A DNA stretch of 61,106 nt, filler included, from Sphacelaria rigidula (GCA_964200075.2; 8 parts of 8 records of this genome joined end to end with filler, not necessarily neighbours in it); one strand, 5' to 3'. Counted from the whole stretch's first letter, positions 24,313 through 38,297 are shown. Numbers and translations: made by a program. The notes: generated by a model not told the origin, from the sequence alone.

Positions 24313-26143
24313 GGACTCTCTATTGTCCACTTGCCTTGTGAGCCTGTGCTTGGGCTGTAAGCTGTGCCTTGCTATAACAGCACCGCAACCCCATTACATT
24401 TGGCGTTTGACTAGGGAGCTTCTTCGTTTTGTAACTACGTTTCCCTTCTATTCCCCTTCTAACACCGATTGCATCCCTGCTTGTTGAGCTGCGTGCGCGT
24501 GGCTTTTGTTGGATTATTTCACCTTGTTGCGGTCTTTGGCTTTTCGCAGCCAAACCTACCTAGCTCGTTTGCTAGATAGTCAGTCCTTAGCTACTGCGAA
24601 GCTTCCAATCTGTGCGCTACACCATACATAGTACTCGTGACTTCCAGCTTTTAACAGTGGATCCTAGAGAATGGGGTTGATACAAAATATGGGGTTGAAG
24701 TGGTATTTCTCTTTTGCAGGGAAGACGCGAAACACTTGCGACCGAGCAAAGCCATCTTCCCCCCCAAATGTCCGCAGTAGTTGAGCAGCTGTGGCTAGGT
24801 GCACCTAACGAATGCGGTGTACACGCGTGTCGATGACGATATCACCAGAGAGAGGAGCAACGACAGAGAGGAAGCTCCTCGCCCGTGTCCTTTGTGTGTC
24901 CCCGCTCGGCGATTACCAAACTCTCGAGAGACTGGCATCATCGATCTTATTACACCAGCATGAGCCAAAATCTCCATGTCCCGAAACACGGAGCTCCGGA
25001 GAGATTCCGTCGTCTCTTCTCGCCTGTCGCCAACGCGAAGATGGATTTCTCTCTGCCTCTCCTTTTGGACAGGACGCACCTCTGTGTGCTGAAAGACATG
25101 TCGTTGAAAAAATAGAGCAACGTTCCCGTCACCGCTACTACTGTTCTCTGTCACACACAAGCCAGCAAGGGCGGTGCTGCGGCAGTAACAGATAGATCCA
25201 GTTTGAACTTAGCGGGTCTTATTCATCGTTGATTTTCGCACACTTCCCCCTACCCGGGTGGCCGAGCAGAAGGGCCTGCCACACGCCAGTTGAGGGGGGT
25301 ATATGAGAGATCAAACGCTTGTAGAGACCTTTTTGACATGCGGAGTGAAAAAAGATACCTATGGTGGTGACCTAACTGTTGTTAGTGTGGCTCATAGGCA
25401 ATGTGCAGCACACGCTGGTCGCGTGAACAGCTCGGTACAGTACGAGTGGCTTCCCACAAGTAATAATTATTCCGATGTCAGGAGGACGTGGTCACGGTAA
25501 CAAGGTGCATCGAAGTCGCAAGACCTGTGAAAGCTAGAGAGTTTGATTTTTATGATCTGCATCCACAAAATTACAACGGTTCTGAAAACCTGCGGGAGGA
25601 CGGCTTCCCTGTCCCCCAGCCAGGCATCGATGAAGGAGGAAAGACTTTTACAGGCAGATACAACACACTTGGGGGCCCGGAGAAGTTTATTTCGATCAAA
25701 CTCTGTGTGTTCTAAGCTGCAAAGCGTTCCATGCGCATTGTTTTCTAGTACGAACGGTAACTTGTCGACTTCTGTTCCGTTGTTCGAGCACTGTCCGATG
25801 CCGATCCCGGAAACGTTTCGTATAGCTGTTCGATGGTTTCTTCGGATGTTTAACTGGACACGAAGCGGCCACCCTCCCTCGTGTTTTCAGAACCGTTTCA
25901 ATTGTGTGGTTGCAGATCATAAAAATCGTGTCCATTGTTGCTCACAGTCAGCCGCTGTTCCTGACCTGAGCTCCTTGCCAAGTCAACAATCTGCCGCTCT
26001 CATATTTTAGTATCGATCGTACACGAGTGTCGCATCTTTTGTTCACGAAGTCAATGAGCAACACAACCCGCGCTCCCAAAGAGGTGACCACGGACATCTG
26101 CAAACGAGATTTGTACCCGTTCCGGCACTTCAGAGTCGTCGCT

Positions 26144-26500
26144 TGTAGCTACTTTGTTGTTGTTGTTCTCTTCTGGTGTACTTCGCACAGCTGTAGAGCA
26201 GCGCTGTACATCACCGTGGTGAGTAATAATACACGGCACAACGAACTGTGAGTTTTCTCTCATTGACCCCCTCTCGAACAAATAATAATGACTTGTTCCG
26301 AGTCAGTTTCGTCGCGATCTACGCCATTTGTAGCTACTTTGTTGTTGTTGCTCTCTTCTGGTGTACTTCGCACAGCTGTAGAGCAGCGCTCTACATCACC
26401 GTGGTATGTAACAGTACACCGCGCAACGGACTGTGAGTTTTTTCCCGTTGACCCCCTCTCGAACAAATAATAATTAACTGTTCCAAGACAGTTTCGTCGT
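26144..26500. repeat. 185-bp tandem duplication inside the LTR element
   Basis: tgtagctactttgttgttgttg.tctcttctggtgtacttcgcacagctgtagagcagcgct starts at both 26144 and 26329. Confidence 0.9.
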
Positions 26501-28720
26501 GATAATACTCGTTGTAACGTTCCAGGCCCACGTTACGTGTTCACTTGGAGCAGACGGCACTCGAAACCTGTGCTCCTTACCTGCGCACTACCGTTTTCGG
26601 CCCCCGCCCACAGCGTTGCCCCTGCTGCGCACAACTCCAACTTTGCTTCATATACGTACGTTGTCCCAACTCCGTTGTGTAACGAGCTTTTGCGCTGCGC
26701 TACGCAGTCCGATCTTGCGGTCTACATCCCAAGCTTTGTAGAAGCTTTTGTGCTGCCCTACGCCGCACGATCTTTCGGTGCTCATCGAAGAAAATGAAAA
26801 AACATTGAACACCGCCAGTCGTTTCTCCTCTTGTGCCGGGATAATACAGTTATAGTCTGCCCTTGACGCCACAACCGGAACACGTGTGAGTTGTACTACT
26901 TTCACGTACCAACGCTGCTACAGACAATTGGATTTTCGCCTTTCTTCGACGCCATACGTCTGTTAAGTGCGCAATCCCGAGCTTCCGTTGAACTATTACC
27001 GCCACAACTGTAATAGTTGTATTGGCCAGCTCCCGGACATTGTTGTTACATACAGCAATTCGCTTGCATATAATACTCGAGTTCATCAGGTTCCCAAGGT
27101 CCCCCCAGGCGCTATTAGACTTCATTATCCCGTATTTTTGGATACAAGCTTCGGCTGTTGCACTTCGCATTTCTTGGTGTCGCGCTCCTTTGATTAGAGC
27201 CCGACAACCAGACACGTTGCGCACGACTATCCTGTCGCACAGAAATAACGCTGGCTCTTCCCCTCAATTGGGAAACCAATCGCTTCGCCGAACACGGAGT
27301 CAAACCACTGCCGGTCCGAAATCTTTTAATAAGAGTGTCACGTCACCTTCAACTCCTCGACGCACGTATGCGAGTGCTGTTCGACCTTCAGGATCTGAAG
27401 ACCAACCTTCGAGCGATGCTCGTTCTTCGAGGCTTGAAGACAAGACTATGACGCCGCGACCTGTTCTCTCACTTTCCGACTCGCACTCAGAGAACAGGCT
27501 TGTACCACCGGCTGAGTTATTGGCTCATGACGGACATGTCGGTGAAACCTATAACGGTGGATTCCGTAGCACCCCTCTCGCTGCGGCCTGTTCTTCTGAA
27601 TCGCAATGTGGAATCCGAAGTCAAGATTGTGCCCCCAGCTGAGTCGTTTCTCTGGACACACGTGTTCAGCTTGGCCCTGTAACGGTAGCTTCAACCGTGG
27701 CACCCCGTCGCATGACGGTTGACAACTCTGAGACGATTCAGTCCCGACGAAGCGTATCGCTTCTGGAGCAAGAGACTTTGCCACGCGTGCTGCTTCTTTA
27801 CGGACCCGCATCGCACGACTCTCGGTAGTCCCGTGCACCCTACTGCGCAGTTCAATGTCTGACCAGCAGCCGCGGCCATGCATTCTGCGCTGCAGACTAT
27901 GCATCGCACTTCCTCGGCGTCGGCGCATTCGCTGGCTTCAGCTCTCATCAAGGCACTCACGGCTTTTTGCCAGGCCACGCTCCAAGATCAATCGGCGTCT
28001 GCTCACGTGTAATTCAATGATGATTGTGCACCTGCCACGCCCAACCCCGTACGTTTGGCTCCCCGATCGGCGACATCGCGTCCTCCGTTCGTCACTCATG
28101 ACAGATTCAACGAACATGAGTCCAGCCCCTCCTCTACATCCAACCATAGCCTTACTTGTTACAGGAAGGCCACATTGCTGCGTTGACGGCCCAGTAACGC
28201 GTTAAGGAACTCGAGGAGAATGTCCGCCGCACTGCCCAAGACGCGACCACGTCGGTGGCCCGTCTCTCCGACCATCCGACCTCTTTGCCGTCCATCGGCA
28301 AGACGCCCGGTGGTCGCGCCCACCCCCAAACTACGACCAATAAGTCCAATTACGTCATCCCACGGAAAACGGACGATACGTCGTATGCCGCGGCCGCTGC
28401 CGCACCCACGACGACCCCGACACGCCCGCCGCGTGCACCTAGCTCGGCGGCCGATGCCCGCCTGACGCCAGGTCTGCATCTGACGCCTCACGAACGAATG
28501 TGGCTTTCTCGTTCCGCGGCCGACCATACAGGTCCTTTCCGCCGCAGCAACCACCTACACTGCTCCCGCGAAGCTTGGACCCTGATGTCGTAACGAATGC
28601 TCTACGCCTTTAGTGTTTACGTGAAGCAGGGCGATTCCTTCCCCGATGAGGGCGTGTCGGTACTCATCTTGGGCCAACTGGTCGTTCAAACGACCATCGG
28701 TGATCACCCGAATCATCAGA

Positions 28721-29263
28721 GTTATGTATAAGACACACTGGCACGGTCTTCGGAGAGCGTCTTGGAAACGCAAATCCGACCTGCAATTGTACCGCCGTGC
28801 AACCCTCCTCTACTAGACGCAATCCCGTCATCAGCATCTTGCTCACAACAAGAAATATCGTAACATGTGTCGTGGCGCAGCAGCTCACGAACTCCACCGC
28901 AATCAGGGACTACGCTTCGTCGCCGATGGTTACGAACTTGTACCCATCAAGACTTGTGAGACGAAGTTCTTCGCCAACCAGCAACTCCTGCCCAAGGGCA
29001 GCTACCTTTGGTTCAAAGGCAGCGATAACCTCTGGTGGTTGGGGCAGACCCACTCCGCTAACCTGGTTTCGGCCGACACATATATCGTGCGCTTCATCGA
29101 TGACCCTGGACCCATACAGCTCAAGCTTCGGCCAGCACTATACACCACCAGCCCATCTGCACCGCGCGGATCCTGGTGTCTCCAGCGCCTCAAATCCAAA
29201 GGACTTTGCCGCGGTCTCCAGCGCAACATCGACCACACCCACGACGTCAACGCCCCGCTTTGA
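28721..29263 (+). pseudogene. Gypsy pol C-terminal region: chromodomain-like segment followed by a Tudor/SH3-like beta-barrel segment
   Basis: VMYKTHWHGLRRASWKRKSDL resembles the chromo Y...W.G....SWE...L pattern. After one in-frame TAG at 28814 it reads LPKGSYLWFKGSDNLWWLGQT......TYIVRFIDDPGP, resembling the Tudor G..V..K..D..WW.G.I......Y.V.F.D pattern. Confidence 0.65.
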
Positions 29264-32099
29264 ACCACGCTTCCTTGTCGCCCATTTTTTCCGTAAGCAT
29301 TGTCTGCCCTCCCTTCTCCACCAGGACCCTCTTGTACGACATCACAACAGGATTACTGGACGAACACCATCAACGACTGCTGGAGCTATAGTATCTTCTT
29401 GCGGCTGGCGCTCGATCTAGTTGGATCACCGATTTTCAGATTTCTGATCTTTCAGTTTTTGCACCTTTGGATTCCCCCAGGTTGAAACTCTGCTCCCTGT
29501 TGTACCTTCGGCTTCCCCTAGGTTAGAGCCCTGCTCCCTGTTGTACCTTCTTGTTTCCCTCCGTAATTTTTGCTAGGATGCCGAAGCAATTTGTGCTTCT
29601 TCGTTGATCGCTAGCACGCAGAAGCAGTTTGTGCTCTCGCGTTTCGGAGCAGTTGTTCTGCTTCTCGAAGCAGTTGTTCTGCCCCTCGAAGCAGTATATG
29701 CTTCCCTCCTTTTGAGGTGTGGGAGTGGGTACAGGAGTGTTGGTACGGGAGTGTTGGGTACGGGAGTGTTTCCTTAGGTGTGCATTATTAGCCGCTCATG
29801 ACTTTACGAGTGAAGGAAAACCTTAGTTTTCGCTGCTTTGAGGACAAATCCTCGCAGCTGTAATAAAGGTTCGTCTGGGTGGGTTAGTGTCATGAAGACG
29901 CATACTAGCCTCTTGNNNNNNNNNNAAGAGACTAATGCCGAGATAGCCCCCCCACACAAAGTGCACCGGAGACCGTCCGACAAACCGGCTGCGATCTCAC
30001 TATTGGGCTCGTTTGCAGCAATTTCTCCCTCATAAGCGGCGTGTAGCAGTCTAAAATCACCTATGACACCGAAATGAGTCGCGTCGAGCAGCACGGAACC
30101 AGCTCTAACGGCATTTATGATCATCACCTCCCTGCACTTTTTTGGCCGGTTCGGGTGGGGGCTATCTCGGCAGCAGTCAAGGCATATATTAGCCTGTTGC
30201 CATGCCGCTTCAGACTCGTTGTCAAGCCTAACTATTTGCTTTCTGGTGTTCCGGTATCCAAGACTGCAGGTCTGTTCAGAGTTGGTCGGGTACGAATATG
30301 AGCTTGTATATGGTAGAGGTGGTGAAGCCAGATGTGCACAATATGCAGATCTGGCACCTACTGTCTCACTACCACTCCTCCACCCCTCTTCCAGCCAAAG
30401 AAGACTAAAGCATTGGTGAGACTGTTGACTAAGTTAGATTGGATTAAACAACAAATTGTGAGAATTGAGGTTTAACTTCGAGATGAGGCTCAAGCCTAAA
30501 ACAGNNNNNNNNNNNNNNNNNNNNNNNNNNNNNNNNNNNNNNNNNNNNTTAATTAATTAANNNNNNNNNNNNNNNNNNNNNNNNNNNNNNNNNNNNNNNN
30601 NNNNCGAAGATTTTAATCTTCCGGGTTCTCATCCTCAATGAAAATCTCCATCCTCAACATAGATGATCCGCTGTTTAATTCGTAATCTATCTCGAGATAT
30701 GGCGCACATGAATTTCTATACTAAAATCACTATATTACGAGCAGAAGCACTAGATGCCCTGAATCTGGATATCGCGTCTCAGTTTTTGAGAGTTGTTCCA
30801 TGAAATTTCGTGTGATGAACCGCTAGAGCATAATAGAAGGAAATAAAGAGAACTTGTTACCTCTTTCATGTTTTTTTCATTTCTTTTCGTGTTTTTAGTG
30901 GAGTTTCAGGAGAAATGTACATCGCTGTTAGGCCCTATATCAATGTTTAAGCTCAAGTTTTAAAATTTTGATTTGAAAGTTTGGATGGAGGATCACAAAA
31001 GAATGCCGGATGAAATAAAAAAATGGGCCTTATTATATTTTTTTTCCACAGAGGTTAGGGCGTTCTCGTGTGGAGAAATGGTCTGTACTATACCAAAACG
31101 CCCTCAACTACTGGAAAAATGAATGAAAAAAAAACTGGACCACTGAGTTTTGTTGATTATGAGCTGACCAGGGTCCACACAATATTTCAATACACAACAA
31201 CTATACGCGGGCCGGTGAGTGGCCTGCGAAATACTGTTCCAAATTCTACCGATCCGATTCTTAGAAGGCGAATACGCCGGGCAATATTTAGAGTTGGACC
31301 CTGAAATTTGGTAGGGACAATGTATGGAGCATAATAAAAAATCGGGAAGAAGCACATGAAGCTTTTTTTTTTCGTGAGTTGAGGCCACTAACCAGTTTTC
31401 AGGTTTCAGCAAAACGCCCATAACTCACGGAAAAAAAAAAAAACATGGGCTTCTTCCCGATTTTTTATTATGCCGTGCAGTATCCATACCGAATTTGAGG
31501 GTCCAACTCCAAATATTACCCGGCGCATCCGCCTGCAAACTTTCATGCAGCTTTTGGGCTGGCCCAGCTCGTGGACAAAGAATGGATTGGGTTAGGTACA
31601 GCCGTACTTGCAACTTTCGAATGTTGACGACCGTCAGTTTTTTTGCAACAGGCCAAAACTTTCGCCAGTGCATTTTTCGTCCGTTGTATATGTTCACCAT
31701 TTTTCGCCCAGGGTGTGAAACGATTGATTCACACGACTGTGGAAAATCCACCAATGATATGCTGTACGTGGAGCGAAAACACAGGTCATCATCCGGTTTT
31801 CGTCCAGGCACTGAAGGATTTCACTTGCGAGAAATTGCAGTTTTCGGGGGCGATATTTCTTGAACGCTGATGTCCGGCTCATTGCTTCACCAGTTTATAA
31901 GCCAGACTACTCTCTTTGCCGGCGATCGACTGGTTTTCCCCCAACACGGAAGATTCGGGTGTTTCGCTCAGCTTGTCATGGAGGGGGATGACTTACGTAC
32001 TTCTTATCGCTCGAGTACATCGAGGGTTGGACGCACGCAGCACACACGGGGTATAAAATACGCGACGACGATAAAAATGTGAAGTGACGGATGTGGATA

Positions 32100-33600
32100 T
32101 AAGGAGAGTCCTCCTGCTCTCCGCGACCTTCTCTCGATGTTCGGTGTTGACCGTGAGCGGCAACGTGAACAAGAGATGAGGCTCCACTACTGTGATCCAC
32201 ATGGCCACCAACAAGAGAAAAGTTTCTGCAGCAAAACGGGTCAACGTGCCGCCAACACGGGCCGTAGAGGCGTAGCAGCCACACAACTCCACAGAAGAAA
32301 CGGAGGACAATATCATGTTAAACCCAGCGTTCGACGAACACGTGCCCATGCACATGAGGTTAAAGGAAATGCAACAAATCAAGCTATCATCAATACTCTG
32401 GAAACGGCCTGGCTGTCACGCCCTCTACTCCAACCGAGTATTTACACACAACGAAATCCATACTAGCAGGAGATACGCAACCTCACCTGTACAGACATCC
32501 AACTAACCTCTGTAAGGAAACACTACAAACACTCACAGGTACTACTTTCCTCACAAGCACTACACATAACGCGACGACAGATGATTCAGCCAATCCAACC
32601 GTACGCGATGAACATGAACAAAAATGTTCGAAATCGTGAGGCGCTGATCCTCGCAAGTGCGCGAATACGAACATAAAAGCACCCACCAATGTTCAAGCCC
32701 GTCGTCATGCGCGGATCGTTCTCTGTACACATCTTGCGCCGGGCACAGCACAGACTCTCGGCACAAGATGGAACACCCCGCACGTGTGCTTGGACAACTA
32801 CTAGAAACCCCACGACAGATTGCTGCCCCGGGAACACGTGCCCGTCTACAGTACCTCGGCACCCTGCGAAAGTGAGCCACGACACATGTGACATCGCATG
32901 TCCTATACTTTGAAGGAACGCCGGCGCTCCTGACGACCACCATGCCACAGGAGCACACCTCATCATCCTATACATGAGGCGCGGTGTCAAAACGAATAAC
33001 AAACTCGCCCCGTGCCGTCGTCTCCGTACTTTCCGCTCCTGCGTTCGTGATTCAATATGTACAACTGATGCCAGGACACACCCCACGTTGAAAACGCTGC
33101 TGTGCATCCTCCTCTGTCCACTACTACCGACAAGCAGCTCAGCACGAAATCATGAGCACGTGGACAATACCTGTACAGAACGGGAGCATATGGATTTGTA
33201 CGTGCCGGAGAACCCCATGATAACATTCGACCTTAAAATGAACCCCCCTCGCTTCCATCAGGGACACCATGTATCCGACATACACACATCACTCACGACA
33301 TCTTTTCCGCCGTGTGGTGAAACGCCAGACTCCCACGACTAAGTAACCACCCTCTGCTTCTGCACTGCTTTCAATTCGACGAAAGGTATCGCTTGCGACT
33401 CATTTTGAATAAACGTGAAAGCACCACATACGACGATCATCGTCAAAGAAGAGAACGGACCCCATACATTGGTGACTCAATAGTGAAAGTAGCACACGTC
33501 ATCTTCCCATCGTAGGACTCCATGCACATACCACTGCCGCCCGAAAGCCACCCCTTCTCTGAAAAAATTCCACGCTCATCTATCCACCGTTTCCCCCCCC
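32100..33600 (+). pseudogene. Possible highly decayed hAT transposase
   Basis: Colinear remnants in shifting frames: ATTDDS, TTD...GN.......HDTC.IA, LMPGHTPR* (DV.TRW-like) and DPIHW* (dimerisation-domain DPL.WW-like). Many stops; judged by eye only. Confidence 0.35.
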
Positions 33601-34861
33601 TGCCTCTTGAGCTCCCGCAGCAGCACCACTAAACCCAAGCTCCAGACACATGGGGTAATGATTCCTACGAAGTTCAGGAATCACACATGATACAGCAGCC
33701 TCGAGTCAGCACCTATTCTCCGCGAAGGGTGGCGTTGCAGCCCAGAGCAAGCTCGTGCCCGTCCTAGTTGGGTACTAAATATTCATCACTTGAGGGCCTT
33801 GCAACGTCAACAGTATGAACGTCATTCACTCCACTTTTCAGTGCGTCCAGAAGAAAAAAACAGAACAGAGGACACGTCACCCCCACCCCACACGATATCA
33901 GTGTGCGTCGGCTCTTGGATCAAGACGGAAGACACGTCACCCCACGCCACACATGTACCATTTTGGATCGTCCGCTACAGCACCGACGCTTCCAACCGTG
34001 ACTTAATGTGCATTCAGTGACTCACCTCCACCACCCACCCTGGAAAACTCGCCATGTGCGGTTTTGGCTCTCCAGTGTGACAGAAAATACGTGAATGGTG
34101 CATCGTATTTCTGTAAGTGAAATCGCACACAAGGTCTAGGCTTGGTGGATCGCACCCTGTTCCAGCTCCCCACGCCCTTCGTAAACTTTCGAAATCTCAT
34201 TTATAACTACTCATACGTCTAAAACTCGTGACAAACTCTCATGGATATTTCGCCCGTCAATGTCAATTCCTATGGCCACGTATACCTATCTGCAAATATA
34301 TCGCGGGTGTGAATGCCTGGCTAACTCCAAGAGAGCTCGCCATATTCGCCGGAACGGAGGGTGATCGTGTTTCTCAAAACATCTCGACTCCAAAAGACTA
34401 ATATCCACGCGAGACGGGGGAAATGCTCGGGACGTCATTGAAGTCGGACAAGCCCCCCCCCCCCCCCCCCCCCCCCCCGCCCCCTGCGCGCCCCCCTTTT
34501 CTACAGCCGTCTACACGACTCATAACAAAACGAAAAGGTCATGATGTAAAAGTGTCATGGCGTAAAATAGGACCGCAACTCGAATGCCTCATGGATGGGG
34601 GAAGGTTAAATCGAGTGACGGGTAAACCTGGCAAAAATACCGCTTCATGACCATGAATAAAACACCTGGAAAGTCCACTACGAAGTACACCGTACGCTTA
34701 CTCATACCGTAAAAAAGTCAATAGTGATGGCGACCATGAATGCGTGCAAGGTCGGGAGACGTCGTGTGACTTTTGCACGCGCAGCCCGCTCCGGCTTGTT
34801 ACATGGTGGGTGCGCGTTGCAGTTGGGGCACCACCTCCGCACGGCTTGGGAGCGCGGAAAC

Positions 34862-34920
34862 TCTGCACTGGTTGAATGCCTCGAAGAAATCGCGACACAT
34901 GTTCTTGTCCCCAGTGTACT
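34862..34920 (-). CDS. COX23: COX23/CHCHD7-like twin-CX9C protein, exon 3 (second CX9C; may read on to the stop at 34799)
   Basis: CAACAG| acceptor, phase 1 matches exon 2. Encodes EYTGDKNMCRDFFEAFNQCR. Confidence 0.7.
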
Positions 34921-36014
34921 CTGTTGATCGATGTTTCGACGCCATGCACGCAACAACAGCCAGAACAAGGAGAACAGTCCAAGTGGGGTACATGGTCCAA
35001 CACGACAGATGATCGACACCGCTCAATTCACACCGTGCGTTTCAGCTTGGGGCCTTGGGCTGTAATGGGGGGAAGGGTGGACAAAATTCTACGTGCGGCG
35101 ATGACTACCGAGGCCGTCCCAATATGTGCGGATTTCAGTCCAGACAGGATGATGCAGTACGCGCATACAAGACGGAGCAGAACAAACAACTGCACATGAA
35201 ATTCAATTATTTTGAAACGGTTCTGGTGTCAACACAAGTACCTGTGGGAGTTTGAGGGGAAATTGTAATAGCGGACGCCAAACCATGAAAAAGAACCAGT
35301 TCATTGATCAAGTTATTTCTTCATGTAGTGAGGTTCAGAGGATATGCATCCGCTCTTTTGCTCGAACCCCAACGTAAAAACGCATGAGCGTGTGTGAGAA
35401 GGCATACATCTACCGTTTGTTCTACGCCTCACGTGAGCACGGAACGTGGTGTTTGAGCAGAACGATAATAGCGCAGATGCCAAAGGAGGATATTTCTGCG
35501 CCGAATGCACTTCAAGGCATGACGGGGCCGACGTGGCGTGTACTGCATGCAGTGCGTCGAAAGACCCCAACTTCAACACCCCATGCTGTCGTGCGACCAA
35601 GGACCATCAAAATCGAAATACCTTTCCAGAAACGAAGCAATCGGCGGATCATTGTCACACTAGCATAGGGCGGCAACTGTTACACCATCTTGGTCCGACA
35701 GAGCAACCCGTCGCACATTGAATCAGGGACATACGGATGTTTACGTGAATGGCTATAGCAAAATACCTCAACTCTCGCAAACTCGCCGCATAAAAAAACA
35801 TGGCTACGCTGGCTGCCGTCCAGCTCACCGACTATGCTGTTTAGTACGTTACTTCATGGTCATCATGCTCCAACACTGAAATTTTGACATTGAAACCACA
35901 GGAAAGATTGTTCCACGATACAGGATGAGTACACTGGGAAACAGCAACAAGAGAACAAACAGGACATCGATGAAAGCAGCCGTGCATGAACACAGCACCC
36001 GCATGATATCTCAC

Positions 36015-36057
36015 CTTCTAAGCAGCGGATCCCTTTCTTGGCCACATCCGTGCATGT
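36015..36057 (-). CDS. COX23: COX23/CHCHD7-like twin-CX9C protein, exon 2 (first CX9C)
   Basis: AATCAG| acceptor and AAG|GTGAGA donor. Encodes TCTDVAKKGIRCLE. Confidence 0.72.
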
Positions 36058-36336
36058 CTGATTTACGCGATCCACACACGAGTAGCAAACGGACCGACAG
36101 CAGGTTACGGGTGATTCGTAGTATGTCGGATAAGGAGTCAAAGTACAGTTTATACGAATCCCACACCTTAGTACTACTGTACCATCTGCAGTCGCCTGTA
36201 ACATGTTGCCAGGCGAGATAGAATTTTGGTCGACTGGAATCCATCGAATGATATTTACAGGAGTACAAGAGTTGTTGCGATGTGCGCAAATGCCCCCTAA
36301 CTCACTGAAAAAGTGTGCGAAGCCGCACGGACTTAC

Positions 36337-36432
36337 CGTGGAATGCTTGCGCGCTACCATCTTGCCCTCTGTGCGGTCGCGGTATAGGGTGTAGAGTGAA
36401 GAAGTCTGCGTCTTGTTGAGCTTGATGGCCAT
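36337..36432 (-). CDS. COX23: COX23/CHCHD7-like twin-CX9C protein, exon 1 (start uncertain)
   Basis: Encodes MAIKLNKTQTSSLYTLYRDRTEGKMVARKHST and ends at a consensus ACG|GTAAGT donor in phase 0. Confidence 0.65.
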
Positions 36433-38263
36433 TGCGTGAGCTGAGGGTGTTGCAGGTGGTGACATGATGCTTCCTGTCGTTTCTCGTGCTTGTCTGTTTA
36501 GTAAGCCTGTGCGCAAATTTTCTCGAGCTGGGCTCAATAAAGCACTGTCTGTCTGTTTGTCTGTCAATCTGTTTGTTTGTACAACGGTGTACTGGTGATT
36601 TCGTCAGTGTCGATGTGTCAGGAAGGTGAGTCTCGAAGTATATAGCTGTGTGCGTGGTGACCGGTGTGCGGATGGTGTCTCACTTCTTTTTGTTTTTTTT
36701 GCTGCACAGCTGCTTTTTTCGGGTCTTCCATATGGTGGGGATTCTCGGCCAATGAGGGGGCGAGGTAAGAATGCCGCACTAAAGAAATGATTTGTATGCA
36801 TTCGCATAAAGATGAGTCATGTTCGAGCAAGACGATTTTTTTCTCGAGTTCGGTTGGTTGTACTGTCGGGAACTTCAGTGCTGCGGAGCACGGCACACGC
36901 GGTGCTGGGAGTCCGGCTGGCCGTGGACTGAATCCATGGTATACTTACGCAATGGTGAGTTTTCGCACTCACGCTATTCTACGTATGGTGTTCTCAGAGG
37001 GTGAAGAGCTATGGAGTCACTACTGACTATTGTACGTGAGCCCATTCTCAATACTGTACACCATTACAAAGGTTGCGAGCCAACGCGGAGGGATTGGAAA
37101 CGACGGTGTCTGATCAATTCTGTATTGGATGCGGCCGCCTTGGCTGACCGTCATGCAGCGGGTTAGCTGTCAGGACTGACACTCTCACATATGATTGCCC
37201 CAGCTATGTTTTGATTCAAGAAATATATAGTACTACAACAGTGCGCAAGAGCATAAGAGCACAACAGAACAACCGCCACAGTGGTACAGACAGTAGGTAG
37301 CGGACAAACCCAGGGCAAAATATGTCACGCTAATTATTGTGCACTACAACTCCAAAGTCAAAGTTAGCTGTCCGTCAAGTGTTGTTCCTTCGAACTTTTG
37401 AAAATTAGTTCATGAGAGGGTTATGCGTCGAGACTGAGCGCGCCTCGTTCTGTAGATACCGAAACTTCAAGGATGTTCTGGTTGATGCCACCGAGGGGTG
37501 TTTAAGCCTCAGGCTCGATGGCGGTATGGGTTGAAACGGTAGTTATCAGCTTTGAGCTTTTTCACCGTTGTTCAACACTCATTGTCTGATGACAATTATA
37601 GAGGGTACGATACCAAAGGGGCCCGTAGGCGGCACGCGGCCGCTCATGGATCAACACTCGAAGCAACATGGCTCACAAGTAACCTTGAGACCCCGTTGTT
37701 TATGTGAATGTACTGGGCTCAATGCTCTCGCTCCAACTCGCGCGACAGCTCGATGTTGAGCTTCCCTGACGCGAACTGTCGGTTCTGCAAAACCACCCCT
37801 GCGAAGCTAACTGGCAAAGGCGCAACATCCTCTTGCAGACAGTACCAGAACTTACACAACGGCCGTATTGACAGTCTGATGGCCACGAACATGGTTGCTA
37901 TGGTACTTTTCTCCCAGTATCAAGTCAGCGTAAGGCCTGCGAGGGGTTGTTTGCACTTGGATCTTTCGGTTGTCTCCAGCAACTTCCAAATCGCCGAGCT
38001 CACGCGGAGTATTTTACTGTTCTTACGGGGGAACATTTGAACATTTGTTCGTAGACCGGTTTACGTGATTGATACATGTGCTTATGGCTGTCCCTCGAGA
38101 GGCCGCAAGATGGAACATTGTGATTCTTAGTTATTTGGTTGGCGATTTGGAAGTTNNNNNNNNNNNNNNNNNNNNNNNNNNNNNNNNNNNNNNNNNNNNT
38201 TAATTAATTAANNNNNNNNNNNNNNNNNNNNNNNNNNNNNNNNNNNNNNNNNNNNGGGGCGGG

Positions 38264-38297
<34 letters not shown>

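Larger units (their letters stand above)
23898..30445 (+). mobile_element. Degenerate Ty3/Gypsy-type LTR retrotransposon, apparently lacking RT, RNase H and integrase
   Basis: Direct repeats: 5' LTR at about 23898-24398 (cgtcatgaagacgcata...attaCA) and 3' LTR from 29888 (TGtcatgaagacgcata), which is interrupted and truncated near 30445. PBS-like TGGCGTTTGACTAGGGA at 24401 and purine-rich gggtgggttag before the 3' LTR. Decayed zinc knuckle CNSC.GQ..GH at about 27008-27050. Chromo-like tail. Confidence 0.75.

Noticed and set aside
35446..35721. Cys-rich ORF resembling a zinc finger
   Set aside because: It has a non-ATG start, lies antisense inside the COX23-like intron, and has no splice or family support.
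37400..38155. Possible viral or transposon coding relic
   Set aside because: No recognisable motif in any frame, so no call can be supported.
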